From contig CALFPG010000012.1 of the NCBI GenBank assembly GCA_937921475.1, positions 202,648 through 266,647 on the forward strand: a DNA stretch of 64,000 bases, written 5' to 3'. Made by a program: the position numbers and the translations under genes. The DNA comes from an uncultured Candidatus Saccharibacteria bacterium (GTDB lineage Bacteria > Patescibacteriota > Saccharimonadia > Saccharimonadales > Saccharimonadaceae). Below the pieces are notes generated by a model. The model made no database searches. It was given only the letters and a program-made list of their open reading frames with translations, and had not been told where the DNA came from. Shown here in pieces: positions 62,418-64,000 of the stretch (the stretch's first letter is position 1; the number at the start of each line of letters is the position of its first letter).

Positions 62418-62446
62418 ATTATACAGAAAATAGCATAAATTGTAAA
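62418..62446 (-). promoter_or_regulatory. sigma70-type promoter TTTACA-17-TATAAT for rpsT
   Basis: The reverse strand reads tttacaatttatgctattttctgtataat. Confidence 0.55.
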
Positions 62447-62532
62447 GAGGCGGCTTAGATATTGACTTTATGGTACTGCTTATGGTATAGTGATGCCAAG
62501 CGTAATTACAAAAAACAAACATAGGAAAAATC

Positions 62533-64000
62533 ATGTCAAACGGATCAGCAAAGCAAAAAGTAATCCAGAGCATCAAGGATGTAACTAATATTTTAGTGAC
62601 GGTGAGTTCTAGCCCATCAGTCGACGAATTGTCGGCAGCGTTAGGATTGACGATTTTCCTCAATAAACTAGGGAAGCACGCTACGGCTGTGTTTAGCGGC
62701 GACATTCCGCCAGCAATTACGTTCTTGAATCCTGATAAGACGTTTGAGCAGACTGCAGATTCTTTACGTGATTTTATTATTGCTTTAGATAAAGAGAAGG
62801 CTGACCATTTGCGCTATAAAGTTGTTGACGATGCCGTAAAGATTTTTATTACGCCATATCGCACGACGATTACCGATAAAGATTTGGAATTTTCACAAGG
62901 CGATTATAACGTTGAGCTAGTCCTGGCGCTAAATGTTGAAAATAGTGAAAGTATTGATACGGCTTTGACTGCGCACGGTAAGATTTTGCACGATGCTACG
63001 GTTGTGGCTATAACAGCGGGCGACGTAAAGAGTGGTCTGGGCTCTGTTGATTGGCACGAATCTAATGCTAGTGGCGTGAGTGAAATGGTTGTTGAGCTTC
63101 TTGATGACCTGAAAACGCCGAAGGTAACTCTGGACGAACAGATGGCGACGGCTTTGCTTACGGGAATTGTGGCGGTAACTGAGAGGTTTAGTAATAGCAA
63201 TACGTCATCAAAGGTTATGACTACAGCTGCAGAACTTATGGCGGCGGGCGCAAATCAGCAATTGGTGGTTTCAAAGATTGCAGAGAGCGAAGTAGAGGAC
63301 GAGCCACAGAAGATTGAAAAGATCGAAGAAAAATCTCCAGAAAAAGAAGAAGCTTCAGAGGATAAAACTGAAGAAGTAGAGAAAGACGAGGAAACCGTAC
63401 ACGCGGACGGAACTTTGTCGATTAGCCATGAAAAGAAGGGCGATGTCGATGAAGTAGCTGAACAAACAGCGAAGGAAAAGCAAGAAGAGTCTGCTAGGAT
63501 TGCTGAAGAAAAATTGGCTAAAATTGAGCCGATAAAGAAAGAACCGCAAGCCGAGGAAGAAAAGCCTAGCGAAAAAATAGTTTCAAAGGGCGAACTTTCT
63601 TTTGAGGAAACTCCACTGATGGGTGGCACTCTGAACGCGACGACTACACAGGCTGCCGAGGATAAGATTAGGGAATTAGCTAGCGATCAAAATAAAACCA
63701 TTTTAACGCACGGTAAATACGTGGGTGATAACACGCCGTCGTTTGGCGATACTCCGTTAAATGCAGCTATGGGCGCGTCTGATGAACCGCCAAAGATTGA
63801 TCCGTTCGCGACAACTAACGCTGCTGAGCAAAAATTGTCGACAATACCTGTTGCGCCGCAATCTGAAGAGTCGATTATTTCGGCAATTACCAACGACACG
63901 AATCAATTGAATAACCCAGTAGCGCCAGCTCCGAGTCAGCCGATTGCGCCAATTGAGCCAGCAATAACAAATCCTGAAAATAGCATTCCAGGTTTCGATT
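62533..64000 (+). CDS. DHH-family (NrnA-like) domain protein with degenerate catalytic motifs and long acidic low-complexity C-terminal region, 3' end outside window
   Basis: My translation from ATG 62533 stays open to the window end (489 codons). ASGVSEMVVELL and LLTGIVAVTERF align with NrnA-type DHH domains. The DHH position reads TAG, and motif I reads SSSPSVD. A TTGACT-18-(TGg)TATAGT promoter lies at 62462-62491. Confidence 0.65.
   Translation, partial: MSNGSAKQKVIQSIKDVTNILVTVSSSPSVDELSAALGLTIFLNKLGKHATAVFSGDIPPAITFLNPDKTFEQTADSLRDFIIALDKEKADHLRYKVVDDAVKIFITPYRTTITDKDLEFSQGDYNVELVLALNVENSESIDTALTAHGKILHDATVVAITAGDVKSGLGSVDWHESNASGVSEMVVELLDDLKTPKVTLDEQMATALLTGIVAVTERFSNSNTSSKVMTTAAELMAAGANQQLVVSKIAESEVEDEPQKIEKIEEKSPEKEEASEDKTEEVEKDEETVHADGTLSISHEKKGDVDEVAEQTAKEKQEESARIAEEKLAKIEPIKKEPQAEEEKPSEKIVSKGELSFEETPLMGGTLNATTTQAAEDKIRELASDQNKTILTHGKYVGDNTPSFGDTPLNAAMGASDEPPKIDPFATTNAAEQKLSTIPVAPQSEESIISAITNDTNQLNNPVAPAPSQPIAPIEPAITNPENSIPGFD

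Noticed and set aside
61934-62458. A 174-aa plus-strand ORF (FLAAGFFAGAFLAAVFLAVAG...) overlapping rpsT.
   Set aside because: It is the mirror-frame artefact of the Ala/Lys-rich S20 tail. rpsT on the other strand has a promoter, an SD and a canonical N-terminus.
1-64000. Scan for CRISPR arrays, rRNA, tmRNA/RNase P/SRP RNAs, transposases and prophage genes.
   Set aside because: I saw no regularly spaced direct repeats, no rRNA-like conserved stretches and no transposase, integrase or capsid-like ORFs by eye. Spacers longer than 150 nt are explained by promoters, operators or gene remnants. Covariance-model searches would be needed to exclude small ncRNAs.

Overview
This 64-kb window is densely packed chromosomal DNA with about 62 protein genes and 6 tRNA genes. 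I saw no rRNA, CRISPR array, transposase or integrase. By hand counts, core genes are roughly 43-50% GC.

Gene content suggests a reduced-genome, host-associated bacterium of the Patescibacteria/Saccharibacteria type. The supporting genes are a PrgI/VirB4/VirB6-type secretion locus with many small pilin paralogues, a FemAB-type transferase, an archaeal-type PGI/PMI, and no biosynthetic operons. This is inference only, because no database search was possible.

Main blocks:
- 1-13.4 kb: a type IV secretion-like locus. It holds a VirB4 ATPase, a PrgI/VirB3-like protein, two giant VirB6-like paralogues and a lipoprotein, divergent from an array of six VirB2-like pilin genes. A seventh pilin gene lies at 16.4 kb. 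No relaxase or coupling protein is present.
- 10.8-17.0 kb and 31.9 kb: tRNA genes Asp-GTC, Arg-GCG and all four Ser isoacceptors. All encode CCA.
- Core genes: hsp20, comF, rlmH, valS, femAB-like, tsaD, murE, murF, CIRCE-groES-groEL, PGI/PMI, a MacB-type ABC pair, nrdAB, argS, mscL, pyrH, a DEAH helicase, orn, dnaG-rpoD, polA, mutM, holA and rpsT.
- 32.1-35.8 kb: a low-GC defence islet beside tRNA-Ser(GGA). It is a four-gene operon of an HTH-Dam methylase, a DpnII/MboI-like endonuclease, a second methylase and an Abi_C-type protein.
- Smaller accessory patches at 24.9-26.1 kb, 39.9-42.4 kb, 49.2-50.4 kb and 55.3-57.0 kb.

Observations worth follow-up:
- The conjugation-less T4SS and its pilin family.
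- At least 14 genes with a -10 box placed 6-10 nt from the start codon, which implies leaderless mRNAs.
- A class Ic-like NrdB (Glu/Phe signature).
- A DnaG that has lost all four zinc ligands.
- Ghost fragments of mscL and orn bracketing the helicase gene.
- A frameshifted CCA-adding-enzyme-like gene inserted next to orn.
- Two paralogous HX4D proteins with small flanking ORFs and an in-frame stop.

All family assignments rest on motif recognition from memory and need profile searches.
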